From contig OZ253462.1 of NCBI GenBank assembly GCA_965261395.1, positions 2,784,001-2,848,000 on the forward strand: a DNA stretch of 64,000 bases, given 5' to 3'. A program made the position numbers and the translations under genes. Below, piece by piece: positions 29,874 through 39,705 of this stretch (position 1 is the first letter of the stretch; the number at the start of each line of letters is the position of its first letter). Under the pieces are notes generated by a model that searched no databases, had not been told where the DNA came from, and worked only from the letters and a program-made list of their open reading frames with translations. The DNA is from Candidatus Latescibacterota bacterium (GTDB lineage Bacteria > Latescibacterota > UBA2968 > UBA8231).

Positions 29874-30926
29874 CTATCCCGGCTGATCCCCGCGCCGATT
29901 TGCCTGCGAGCGCGGCGTCAGGTCAAAGTAGGTCTGGTGGCCCGAAAAAAAGCGCTCCAATTCATCGACCATGAGGCGGAAAAAATGCGGGTATTCGTCG
30001 CCCGTGCGTCCGGAAAAGTGCGGAGTCAAAAACACGTTGGGCAGATCGATAATCTCACTGTCGGCCGGGATTGGCTCCGGGTCGAAGACATCCAAGGCCG
30101 CGACAATGTCGCCGCGCTTGAGGCGTTCGATCAGGGCCGCAGAGTCGAAGATCGGCCCACGCGAGACGTTCACCAAAGCCGCGCCCGACGGAATGAGTTC
30201 CAACTCGCGTTGGCCAATCATGCCCTTGGTCTGCGGCGTCAGCGGCGCAACGCAGACAATCGCATCGCACTGCGACAGCACGTTGTCCAGCGACGTTAGC
30301 AAAAAGCCCAACGCCTCGGCCAGCTCCTGCGGCAGGTACGGATCGTGCACCCACAGCTCGACCTCAAAGGGCCGTAACAGCTTCATCAGCCGCCGCCCCA
30401 TGTGGCCGCCGCCAATCAACCCCACCCGCTTGCCCGTGAGCATCCCTGCCATCGGCTCAATGGTGGACCCGTTTGTATCCCTGGAGAGGATGCGGCGGAA
30501 TAGCGCGCCGGCATTGCGCATGGCAATCAGCGTCAGCGCCAAGGCCCACTCGGCCACCGGATAGGACGAGCCATTGGTCGTATCCACGGTGCGGATGCCC
30601 CGCGCCCAAGCCGCATCCAAGTCAATGCGCGTGGCAAAGCGGTCGCCTTCCAATTCGCCGATGAGGCGCAGCCGGGGGGCGGCTGCCAAAATGGATTCCC
30701 CAATCTTCGGCGCGCCATGACAGATGACGAGCGCATCCACCGCGTCTATTTCCTCTGCCAACTGCGCAATGGCCTCGGCGTCTTCGCTGGCGTGGTAAAT
30801 GTTGCCGCCCTCGCAGGCAAACCACGCCCAATCGGCAACCTGCTCTAGGCGCGTCAGCTCCTCTGGCGACAGGTAGCCATGGCGCACCCGCTCGCTACAG
30901 GCGATTAGTACTTGTGGACGATTCAT
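29874..30926 (-). CDS. D-isomer-specific 2-hydroxyacid dehydrogenase
   Basis: VGLIGGGHMG, LVNVSRG, ALDVFDPEP, LTPH. Confidence 0.88.
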   Translation of the reverse strand: MNRPQVLIACSERVRHGYLSPEELTRLEQVADWAWFACEGGNIYHASEDAEAIAQLAEEIDAVDALVICHGAPKIGESILAAAPRLRLIGELEGDRFATRIDLDAAWARGIRTVDTTNGSSYPVAEWALALTLIAMRNAGALFRRILSRDTNGSTIEPMAGMLTGKRVGLIGGGHMGRRLMKLLRPFEVELWVHDPYLPQELAEALGFLLTSLDNVLSQCDAIVCVAPLTPQTKGMIGQRELELIPSGAALVNVSRGPIFDSAALIERLKRGDIVAALDVFDPEPIPADSEIIDLPNVFLTPHFSGRTGDEYPHFFRLMVDELERFFSGHQTYFDLTPRSQANRRGDQPG

Positions 30927-31013
30927 TAATTCCTCCCTTGGTGGATGATGGCGGTTCGCAAAGCAGAAAGCTAAATAGCATATTTACGACCGCCCCACAA
31001 CACTGGAGATGCC

Positions 31014-31790
31014 ATGCTCGCCCTCGAACCCATTGCACCGGACGCCATTGACCGCGCCGCGGCCCTCTTTCACCGCGACGGTTTTGCCGTTGTCACCGAC
31101 GCGCTGACTGACGAACAATTTGCCTATCTCACGGAAGGTGCACACCGCGTCGTTGCCGAGCAGACCGCCGCCATTCCGTTAGAAAAAGCCAACCGGGGCT
31201 TTGCGCGCTATTCCTTTGGCTCGCAGATCCACCATCCCGAATGGGCCATGCTCGCGGACTTGCCGACCATTTTGCCCATTATCGAAGCCATTTTTGCCAG
31301 CGACCAGTTTATATGCAGTGGTGCCGGCGGCGATTATTCCCTGCCCGGCGCAAAAATCCAGCACCTGCACCGCGACATGTCCGACGTGATTGGCGACCCT
31401 GAGCAGCGCGTCACCATCCTGGACGTGCCCACGCCCTTTATCGTCGTCAACTTTCCCATGATCGATTTTAGTGCGGAAAACGGAGCCACGCGCTTCATTC
31501 GCGGCACCCACCGCTCGCGCCAACCCATTCCCAGCCTCGCAGACGAACCCGCCTGGATGCAGCACTCTATCGCCTGTGCGCCGGCCCGCTCGGCCCTCAT
31601 TCGGGATGTGCGCTGTTGGCACGGCGGCACAGCCAACACCTCTGAAGACGTGCGCATTATGACGAGCGTCGGCTATTATGCGCCCTGGTTTCGCCGACCC
31701 CAAGGAGATGGGGAAATGCCCCGCGCCCTGTACGATGATCTTTCAGAACGCGGCAAGACACTGTGCCGTTACATTGTTGCGTTAGACTGA
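31014..31790 (+). CDS. PhyH family dioxygenase
   Basis: QHLHRD, NGATRFIRGTH, CWHGG. Confidence 0.85.
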   Translation: MLALEPIAPDAIDRAAALFHRDGFAVVTDALTDEQFAYLTEGAHRVVAEQTAAIPLEKANRGFARYSFGSQIHHPEWAMLADLPTILPIIEAIFASDQFICSGAGGDYSLPGAKIQHLHRDMSDVIGDPEQRVTILDVPTPFIVVNFPMIDFSAENGATRFIRGTHRSRQPIPSLADEPAWMQHSIACAPARSALIRDVRCWHGGTANTSEDVRIMTSVGYYAPWFRRPQGDGEMPRALYDDLSERGKTLCRYIVALD

Positions 31791-34700
31791 GTTTTGGAGA
31801 ATCGTTTTCACGTCTAGCCGGTGAGTCTCCACAAACCGGATACTTGTCTCTTCTTCTCCCAACTTCAGCGGCACCTCAAGATCGTCCGAATCCTTCAAAG
31901 CATCATGCAGATTATTTTGGGCAATTGTAGTTTCTTGGTACTTTATAAATTCTTTGTACTTTGCGGTGCATACTGGACATAACGCCAAATATTGAGCTGC
32001 GTGTTCCTGGTGGAAATAGGCTCTTGAAAGAGCCTCCACCGCCTCAAAGTAGTATTCGCCGTCTCGCTGTTTGAATGGCATTTCATCTTTGCAAATCTGA
32101 CATATCATCTTGCCGGAATCCTTCGTATATTGGTTTCTAAGATCAGTTTTAGGGTCAATAGCTCCTTGTGAAATTCGGACGTTTCTTGGTCGCTCCTCGT
32201 ATTCTTTATCAGAAGCTTCATCGAGTTGTTCCTTAATTTTTTCTTTTCTACGGTTTGGATTACTTGATGCTCTCTCTGGAAATGTCGGCCTCTGCTTTTT
32301 CGCCTTCTGCTGCTGAATAAATTCTTTCACCGCTTCGGGATCTTCTTTATTTACCCTTGCAAGCTCTTGAGCTTGCTCGACGGAATCAAATCCGATACTT
32401 TTAGCAGCTTCTTCCTTGCGTAGATACTCTATAGTAGCTTCTTCCTTTTTTTTTCGTTCCTGTTCCGCACGATCACGCCTACTTTTTCCAAATTCGACTG
32501 CTTCTAACCATTGTGCTCTGAGCCTATATGAGGATAGGAAATTTTCTGGGAGCAATTCTTCAACAGCTTCGGAAGGCTTAACAAATTTCTCTTCACCGTT
32601 TTCTACTTGCGGTACCCAATTTTTTTCTATTAAACGATGAACAAGAGTAGAATTACCTTTTCTTGTATAAGAACTGGCATTGGGTCTATACTCAGCTTTG
32701 AGACAATCATCAGATAATTCATTCATCGTATTCCAGATAAGTTGAGACTTCATCAAGTCGTGTTCATTCAATAACACATCAAACTCCGGTATATCATAGT
32801 CCCCACTTATCTCATAGTGGGTTATTCTATCTCTATATTCTTTTAAATTTGCCGGATGATTCCATGATACATCTTGTTTTTTAGCACATAGTTTAGTTCG
32901 TGCACCAACTGCTTCTACAAACTTTCCGATCTTCTCGGCACTAATCCCACAGTTTTTGTACTCTTCGGATAATGCCCAGCATTGCACATAATTTCCGTGG
33001 CGCAAAGAAAAAGAGAATGTCCGACGTTGTGCATCGTCGCCTAACGCTTCATAATAGGCTGATAGTCCAGTTTCATAGAATGGCGAATCAAGATAAACTT
33101 CGCTCGGCTTACCCCACTTTCCATCAGTCAGTTTGAATATAGAGTAACCTTTGAACATGTCTGCCTGTTCGGGATATTTCTCCACAAAATCAATGAAGCG
33201 CTTGATGTCCTTAATTTTTGATGCAAGTTCTTCGTTACTTCCATATCTATATCTATCCCTCAGAATAGCCTCAATTCGCACTTTCTCACCTACTTTACGA
33301 ACCCCGATTTTCTTAAGAAAATCGAGGGCTTTATCCTGTTGATTTTTGTCTTTACCTGACTCATAGAGGCCCTTGGCGACGCGAGGCATAGCTTCATCAC
33401 GCTCCACCCCATCGCTTGGAAAATAGCAAGCCGTTCCTATCCTGTACTTCTTATCGCTGCAGCGAATAATGAGAAGGTTTCGTAATCTGTAGGATCTGTC
33501 TCTTTCTAATTCACCCAATAACAAAACATAGAATCTCTGATGCCAATCGTATGTTTTTCTTTTTAGCCATTTTATTATCGTATCAGGCTTTTTAGATAAT
33601 TCATCTACAAGATCTGAGGTCGTCCATCGTGTGATCTCCAACATGAATAAAAAACGATCTTCCCGCTGGTTTCGTTGCGGAGGGTTTGCAATCCAAAGCG
33701 GAGGGGAGTGTCCATCGCCTATGATCTTCGCCAAATCTTTGTCTTCGATAATATCGGACAGCCGTGCTGCCCCTCTAAAAACATCCTTTGCAGGAGCATG
33801 ACCTCCCTGTTTCATCGGGACCAATTCTTCGTTATTGAACACCTCAACTAGTCTATCCATAATTGGCTTGTAGAACCAAGATAGACTGTCTTGATCACTA
33901 GGGAGCGTTGCCAAAAATCCTACGGTCAATAGCCCTCGATTACGTATAGCAGTCATTGACTCCGCGATTAAATTCGCCAAGTGGTCTCGCAGTTCATCAT
34001 TTTCCGGACAATTGCGAACGCTATCACGAGCAACGGTTGAGGCAAAGGGTGCGTGGAGATGAAATCGCAGATTGGACGTTTCCTTTTCGGCAGGGAAGTA
34101 AATGGAGACTTGCCCCGGCTCTAACGACTTTATTCTCCATTGAACACTTTGGGATCGCTCTTGTCCTTTAGTTGGTCTTTTCGCAACCTGTTCTTGTTCT
34201 CTCTCTAAAAGGAAGGCTATGGCAATTCGGCACGATTTTAACTCACCTTTTTCGTCCTTCACCTCAACTTCTTTTTCAAACCGAAGAAAAGAGACTGAAT
34301 CCGGTTCCGGGTATCCTAGACGCTGGACAAGAATCTCAACTCTGTTTTCCTGACCTGTTTCTCTCCGCTCGATAAAACCCTCAGTCAAATCAGGCAGCCG
34401 ATATTCTATTTTTTTGATATTGCTGAGGAAGAGAAGCGTACTTTCGTCCAACTCCTGTAGATTTCTTTCTATTTCATCACGAGCTCTTTCAGGTGGCTTT
34501 GCGTCATTATCAAAAGGGAAAAAGAAGTAGGTCTGTTTCTCTCCCCGAGGACAGAAAGCCAATTCTTCCGTATCGGGCACGACCAAATCACGAATGCGAA
34601 AATGATATTCGCCCGATGCAATTTCAGGCGTCTCTGTATAGGCAAATACAGCCTTAAAACCAACACCAAACTTGCCGATGCTGGTTTGATCCTCTCTCTT

Positions 34701-34970
34701 TGTGCTGGAGCCGATGCTTGTAATGGAGTCCACATCCTCTAGAGTGAATAGTTGAGCTCCGTTGTGTTCAAATTCGACACTGTCCTCTCCGAGAGTGAAG
34801 CGCACCTCTGTTGCGTGAACATCCTCAGCATTCTGTAGAAGCTCATAAATGAAGTGCGCGTTGTCGGGATATAGATCGGTTAGTAAACGTCTGATGCCGT
34901 CATCAAAGCCGTTTTCGCGATTCGCCTCTACCCACTTCAAACGTTTCTGTCGTAATTCTTCCAAGCTCAT
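31782..34970 (-). CDS. Sacsin-N-like GHKL ATPase with C-terminal HNH-like Zn-finger domain
   Basis: YELLQNAED, HNG, IGKFGVGFKAV, FHLHAPF; C-terminal ICQIC...YFEAVE...LALCPVC. Confidence 0.82.
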   Translation of the reverse strand: MSLEELRQKRLKWVEANRENGFDDGIRRLLTDLYPDNAHFIYELLQNAEDVHATEVRFTLGEDSVEFEHNGAQLFTLEDVDSITSIGSSTKREDQTSIGKFGVGFKAVFAYTETPEIASGEYHFRIRDLVVPDTEELAFCPRGEKQTYFFFPFDNDAKPPERARDEIERNLQELDESTLLFLSNIKKIEYRLPDLTEGFIERRETGQENRVEILVQRLGYPEPDSVSFLRFEKEVEVKDEKGELKSCRIAIAFLLEREQEQVAKRPTKGQERSQSVQWRIKSLEPGQVSIYFPAEKETSNLRFHLHAPFASTVARDSVRNCPENDELRDHLANLIAESMTAIRNRGLLTVGFLATLPSDQDSLSWFYKPIMDRLVEVFNNEELVPMKQGGHAPAKDVFRGAARLSDIIEDKDLAKIIGDGHSPPLWIANPPQRNQREDRFLFMLEITRWTTSDLVDELSKKPDTIIKWLKRKTYDWHQRFYVLLLGELERDRSYRLRNLLIIRCSDKKYRIGTACYFPSDGVERDEAMPRVAKGLYESGKDKNQQDKALDFLKKIGVRKVGEKVRIEAILRDRYRYGSNEELASKIKDIKRFIDFVEKYPEQADMFKGYSIFKLTDGKWGKPSEVYLDSPFYETGLSAYYEALGDDAQRRTFSFSLRHGNYVQCWALSEEYKNCGISAEKIGKFVEAVGARTKLCAKKQDVSWNHPANLKEYRDRITHYEISGDYDIPEFDVLLNEHDLMKSQLIWNTMNELSDDCLKAEYRPNASSYTRKGNSTLVHRLIEKNWVPQVENGEEKFVKPSEAVEELLPENFLSSYRLRAQWLEAVEFGKSRRDRAEQERKKKEEATIEYLRKEEAAKSIGFDSVEQAQELARVNKEDPEAVKEFIQQQKAKKQRPTFPERASSNPNRRKEKIKEQLDEASDKEYEERPRNVRISQGAIDPKTDLRNQYTKDSGKMICQICKDEMPFKQRDGEYYFEAVEALSRAYFHQEHAAQYLALCPVCTAKYKEFIKYQETTIAQNNLHDALKDSDDLEVPLKLGEEETSIRFVETHRLDVKTILQNSV

Positions 34971-37900
34971 TTTGTTCCCTCAATGTTGAGAATCCCATAC
35001 GCCACCGGCTCAGCCACAATATCGATTTTCTCCTCGGCCCTATCCAACTCCTCAGCGCGCCTGTTATAGTCAGCCTCTGCTCGGCCTATCTGCGACTGCC
35101 GCATTCTCTGTATGTTCTCATCACTTGCCTTTTCAAGCTGCTCTCTGAGAAGTGCCATCTGCGCCCGATGGCTCGTCGCCAAACTCTCTCTGCGGTACGC
35201 TGCCAATTCCTCAGTCCGTTGCTGGTGTTCTGTCCGTGCCTCAGACCACAGCCGATGATGCTGTTCCTCCAGTTCGGCCCACTCGCCCTGTTCCCCCGCT
35301 TCGGCATCCTCCGCCCTCTCTAAAAGGCGGCCCAAATACGGCTCTACTGCATCCGACGAGGCAACCAGCTTGAGCTTTAAATCTTCCCGGATGCCGTAAA
35401 ACCGCCACTGATAAACGACGAATTGATACCGGCCAGTGGGCACATCATCGTCCCGCACCTTCAGATGTACGACGGCCCGTTCATCACTATCAAAAAATCG
35501 GGCCGCCTGTTTCACCAAAGGATGCAGCGGCATGACGAAAGCAGCCTCTGGATTCTGTGTGGCACAATCCTGCTCAAAGGTTATTTGCAGATACTGGTCG
35601 TCCCCTTTCAGCCACGTCTCCCATTCTCGATAGGTGCTCTGCCTAGGAAGTTTTTGGAAATCGCGCAACAAACGGTTTCGTGCATCCTGTGCAAGCCTTA
35701 GCGTTTTCAGAGGCTTCTCGCCGAGAATGAAATCCCGCTCTTCCCCACATCGCTGCTGTAAATAGAGCGCGACGAGCCTTTGCAACGAACCCGGCGTCAA
35801 CCAAAAGCTCGAAGCGTCTCTAATCTCCCTCTTCATCTGGTCTTCAGGGAGGCGAATCCCAAAAAGCTCCATCTGCTTCTGTTCCAACCCTTCCTGTTCT
35901 TGTATCAAGCGAATTTCATTGTCTGCTAACTGCTGGAGTTGGGCCTGACGCTCCGCTTCGCTCAAGGCATAGTTCTCGGCAATGTTCTTTATTTCTCTGG
36001 AAATCTCCCCGAGGATCTCTTCGCTAGAGCCGAGAGCCTGCTCAAATACGCCGATGCGTTTGAGGCAACGCTCATAAATGTCCGCGTCAACAGTCCCCGG
36101 CGTAATCAAGTTGACGATGGCGACATTCGGACTCTTCTGGCCGTTGCGGTCAATGCGACCGATCCGCTGCTCAACACGCATCGGATTCCAAGGCAAGTCA
36201 TAGTTCACAATGCAATCGCAGAATTGGTAATCCAAGCCCTCGCAACCAATCTCTGAAAACAGCAAGACATCGAGAGCATCGCTGTCCTCGCGCGGCTTCT
36301 CAAACAGACGCCGCATTTCAACGCGTTCCTCATCCGGCGTCCCGCCGTGGACCATGGCGACGCGCACACCGTCTGCCTTGAGCTTCTCATAAAGATAATA
36401 CAGCGTGTGGCGAAAGCTGCTGAACAGCATGACCTTGTTGTTGTCCAAGTCTTGCTTCCCCCGGATGACTGTACGTAGTGCCTCAAACTTTGGATCGCGA
36501 GGATCAAGCCCACGTGCTTTCTCAAGTACACCCTCGATATGGGATCGGATCGCGCTGACAGCATCACTTGGGGGGACGGGTTCCCCATCGTCGGCTTCCT
36601 CCCATTCCAATTCGTCAAGCCGGCGATTCAGAATGCTCTCGAGGAAGGGGATCAATCCATACAAGCAACTTGCGGCCTGACGTCTAATCGTGGTCATCAT
36701 AAATTTGATATTTCTATCCCCGTGAAGCCGACTGAATATGTCCGCCTGAACAGCGAGTAATTCGTCGTGAAGCTGCTTTTGGCTGGGAGTGAACTCAACA
36801 TCTCTCGTCTCCGGCTTCCTCACGGTGAATTCCCCAATATCGCGCCGCCGTGTCCTGTTGATCATGCTCGCAAGAGTATGCAGCGCTTCCATATCCGTAA
36901 TGAGTTGGATACGTTCATCCGCAGCTACGCAGCCCTCAGCAAGTTGCCCCCTGACCCGCTTAAATTCAGGATTGCGGCTGAGAATGGCTCGTCCCCAACC
37001 CGTAGCGGCCGCTCCGTCAAGCGCACCCAGGGCTCGATCCGTCCAATCCGCCGCTTGGGTCCGCGCATGATCCACCGCCTTATTGATAAACGGATTCGGC
37101 GCGGCCATGTGCTCAAAGCTCTCCATATCCTGAATCAGATCGGGCCTCAGCACATTTAGCAGCACAAACAGGTCTTCGCTGCCTAGCTGGATCGGGGTCG
37201 CGGTTAAAAAGACCGCAGCCTCGGCGTAATCACAGAAAAACCGGACGGCCTCTTGATAATTGTTCGGATTGCGGATGTGATGCGCTTCATCTACGATCAC
37301 GAGATCGAAACGCGGCGGCGGATCCAAATCTAATAGCCCTTTTCCCCGCCTTCGTCTGCCCTCTGGCCCGTAAAGAAGTTCTTTGTTAAACAACGAGTAT
37401 GGTAGAATCGCTTTCTGATACTGAACGGGCCACTCGCCTTCTAGATCGATCTCCTTGATGCAGTACCTAAGCGTTGGGCCGTCCAAATGAGTGAACTGTT
37501 CGCCAAACCGCTTCATCTCACTTCTCCACTTGCCCTCGGTCAACAACGGACGGGGACATATAATGAGTACAGATTTGATCTCCCGCCGCGCTTGCAACTC
37601 CCGCAGGATCAATCCAGCCTCAATGGTCTTGCCAACCCCGACGCCATCCGCGATCAACAGACGCGGACGGTCTGACCGAATGAACCTCAGTACGGGCCGG
37701 AACTGATACGGGATGAAATTGACGCGCGCCGCGTTCAGCGAATACAACGTCGATAGACTGGGATGACGGATCTGTAGCGCGGTTAGGTAAGCGTGAAACA
37801 GGTCGCACGAAAGCGGCTGCAACTCGTCAGCGGGCTGATCCGCGGCCTGCAACTGGGAGGCGTAATACGTCTGTACGCTGCTACCCATAAATACCTCAAC

Positions 37901-38833
37901 CCGATCTTCGGCCTGTCCCGATAGCACCTTCATCACCGCACCTCTCAGTGAGGGATTGGACTTCAAGACGACCATTTGACCCGGTGCAAACTCCGTTTGG
38001 TCTGGTATATACGTTGACACCTTTTCGGCTGTTTGCGAGGCTAGGGAGCGGTGGGTGTGCGTTAGCCCCTTTTCTTCGGTCATCTGCATGGCACTAGCGG
38101 CAAGCAGGCGACCGAGCAGTTCCAGATCGATCATTCGCGCATGTCCGCAGACAGCTAGTACCTGTCCAAAATGCGTATCGAGCGATTGGCGTATCTGGTG
38201 TTTTCCGTCCACGACATCATCGGTCATGTAGCGGACTAAAATCTCGGCTGCCTTGGCGAGATGGTAGAGCCCGATCAATTCGAGCGCGACCGCCTTGGCA
38301 TGGGCCGGTTCTTGTTCTATAAGATACTTCTTTTCAAAATCAGATTGGTCATCGCGCAGGCGAGAGATTTGTTTCAAGACTGCGCCGAGGTCGGTATAGC
38401 GCTTGCGGATTAGTCGTAGCCAAACATCAAGGACTGTCGCCCAAGTGCGCTTGTGCCAATTTTCCGAATCAACGGGAAGCTCAGCCCAAGGTTCTTTCTC
38501 CAACCACTGCTCTGCATCAGTCCCTTTGTCTCCCAATACGGCGAGGCTGCCCGCTCTCAATAGGAATTTCCCGGCATCGAATGGCTCAGCCGGACGGGGC
38601 AAGGCACGCAGCAAGCAAAAGGCATCAGCAGCGGCGCGTTGCAATTCCCTTTGTTTTTCCTCATCATGCGCTGCGCCCTCAAGCACGAGATCGAGCACAG
38701 CTATTTCCAGCACGTCAGCAGCACGTCGGATCAATTTTTCGTCTGCCAGTTTGTGCGAATTCTGTGCACGTTGAGCTAGGTTCAGCGCCTGTTGGCGTAT
38801 CTCTTCCTGTTCTTCAAGCAGCCAATGACTCAT
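34967..38833 (-). CDS. SNF2-family (RapA/DrmD-like) helicase with an extra ~260-aa helical N-terminal domain
   Basis: ADGVGVGKT, IVDEAHH, LTATP, CEGLDYQ, WNPMRVEQRIGRIDR; coiled-coil-like C-terminus. Confidence 0.88.
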   Translation of the reverse strand: MSHWLLEEQEEIRQQALNLAQRAQNSHKLADEKLIRRAADVLEIAVLDLVLEGAAHDEEKQRELQRAAADAFCLLRALPRPAEPFDAGKFLLRAGSLAVLGDKGTDAEQWLEKEPWAELPVDSENWHKRTWATVLDVWLRLIRKRYTDLGAVLKQISRLRDDQSDFEKKYLIEQEPAHAKAVALELIGLYHLAKAAEILVRYMTDDVVDGKHQIRQSLDTHFGQVLAVCGHARMIDLELLGRLLAASAMQMTEEKGLTHTHRSLASQTAEKVSTYIPDQTEFAPGQMVVLKSNPSLRGAVMKVLSGQAEDRVEVFMGSSVQTYYASQLQAADQPADELQPLSCDLFHAYLTALQIRHPSLSTLYSLNAARVNFIPYQFRPVLRFIRSDRPRLLIADGVGVGKTIEAGLILRELQARREIKSVLIICPRPLLTEGKWRSEMKRFGEQFTHLDGPTLRYCIKEIDLEGEWPVQYQKAILPYSLFNKELLYGPEGRRRRGKGLLDLDPPPRFDLVIVDEAHHIRNPNNYQEAVRFFCDYAEAAVFLTATPIQLGSEDLFVLLNVLRPDLIQDMESFEHMAAPNPFINKAVDHARTQAADWTDRALGALDGAAATGWGRAILSRNPEFKRVRGQLAEGCVAADERIQLITDMEALHTLASMINRTRRRDIGEFTVRKPETRDVEFTPSQKQLHDELLAVQADIFSRLHGDRNIKFMMTTIRRQAASCLYGLIPFLESILNRRLDELEWEEADDGEPVPPSDAVSAIRSHIEGVLEKARGLDPRDPKFEALRTVIRGKQDLDNNKVMLFSSFRHTLYYLYEKLKADGVRVAMVHGGTPDEERVEMRRLFEKPREDSDALDVLLFSEIGCEGLDYQFCDCIVNYDLPWNPMRVEQRIGRIDRNGQKSPNVAIVNLITPGTVDADIYERCLKRIGVFEQALGSSEEILGEISREIKNIAENYALSEAERQAQLQQLADNEIRLIQEQEGLEQKQMELFGIRLPEDQMKREIRDASSFWLTPGSLQRLVALYLQQRCGEERDFILGEKPLKTLRLAQDARNRLLRDFQKLPRQSTYREWETWLKGDDQYLQITFEQDCATQNPEAAFVMPLHPLVKQAARFFDSDERAVVHLKVRDDDVPTGRYQFVVYQWRFYGIREDLKLKLVASSDAVEPYLGRLLERAEDAEAGEQGEWAELEEQHHRLWSEARTEHQQRTEELAAYRRESLATSHRAQMALLREQLEKASDENIQRMRQSQIGRAEADYNRRAEELDRAEEKIDIVAEPVAYGILNIEGTK

Positions 38834-39624
38834 GGCGCACCTCCAGGTATGCGAGATGGAAGGTCACCGATGGCGCAAGGCAGATATATTGCGCTCAAGT
38901 CGCATGTTGTCGGGTATTCCAGTTTTCCCGCCATAGTTTGCCCTCGTGCCTGTAAATCTAGCTCATTGGGCTGCGTATCCCGAATCAGAACCCCAAAGAG
39001 CGCAAGTGCCTTATTTCCCGACTCAAGGAATAGCCCAACCGCTGCCTTGAATGATGTTTCATAGACCGGCCCTTTACAACGGGGTAAAAGCCACTCGAGA
39101 AGTTGACGAACCAAGGACAGATCGTTTGCTAAGTTGTCTATCTGGTGCATTAAACCACTCCGACCGCTCATTACACTCGGTGGCGTTTTGATGTCAGTGG
39201 ATGATTTCACCTCACCTAGCACGAGGCGTGTAGCCTCGCCCTCAACTATAAAGCCGACCAGATCTGCACCCGGAAGGCTAGCATTAGGATGCCGTTTGTC
39301 GCGTTCCGTGTTCCAAGGCCATGTGATTTTGTAGTCGCGACTCAGGTATGCTTCAGCCATTGCTTCGCCCACCGCCCAACTTGGTTTTTCGCTTATTTCG
39401 GCTGCCAGAATTTCCTCAAGGCTATCTCGAGCGAATCCCGTGTTGGCTAAGTTTTGAAGATACGTTTCAAATTCGGCCTTACCTTCTTCATCGCAAAGCC
39501 GTGACGAAACTTCGTCGGACATAAACGAATTGAACGCATCGCCATCTTTCATGCTTACACCCCGCCAAGACACCTGACGGTCCTGTCCTTCGTAGTTTAC
39601 GGTTAATATATCTGATTCTGTCAT
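38830..39624 (-). CDS. HamA/DUF1837-like PD-(D/E)xK nuclease
   Basis: VGEAMAEAYL...RDK...LPGADLVGF...LGEVKSS motif set; ATGA overlap with the helicase gene. Confidence 0.65.
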   Translation of the reverse strand: MTESDILTVNYEGQDRQVSWRGVSMKDGDAFNSFMSDEVSSRLCDEEGKAEFETYLQNLANTGFARDSLEEILAAEISEKPSWAVGEAMAEAYLSRDYKITWPWNTERDKRHPNASLPGADLVGFIVEGEATRLVLGEVKSSTDIKTPPSVMSGRSGLMHQIDNLANDLSLVRQLLEWLLPRCKGPVYETSFKAAVGLFLESGNKALALFGVLIRDTQPNELDLQARGQTMAGKLEYPTTCDLSAIYLPCAIGDLPSRIPGGAP

Positions 39625-39705
39625 ACCCTCATCTCGCGGACCCTCAGCCGCGCTGCCGTTTTAATTTGCTCCACCAGCACCAGCACGGCCGCTTGGGGCA
39701 CTATC

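Noticed and set aside
34967-39624. Calling the operon canonical Hachiman, DISARM or Zorya
   Set aside because: The helicase is SNF2 rather than Ski2-like, and there is no DrmA/B/methylase or ZorA/B membrane pair
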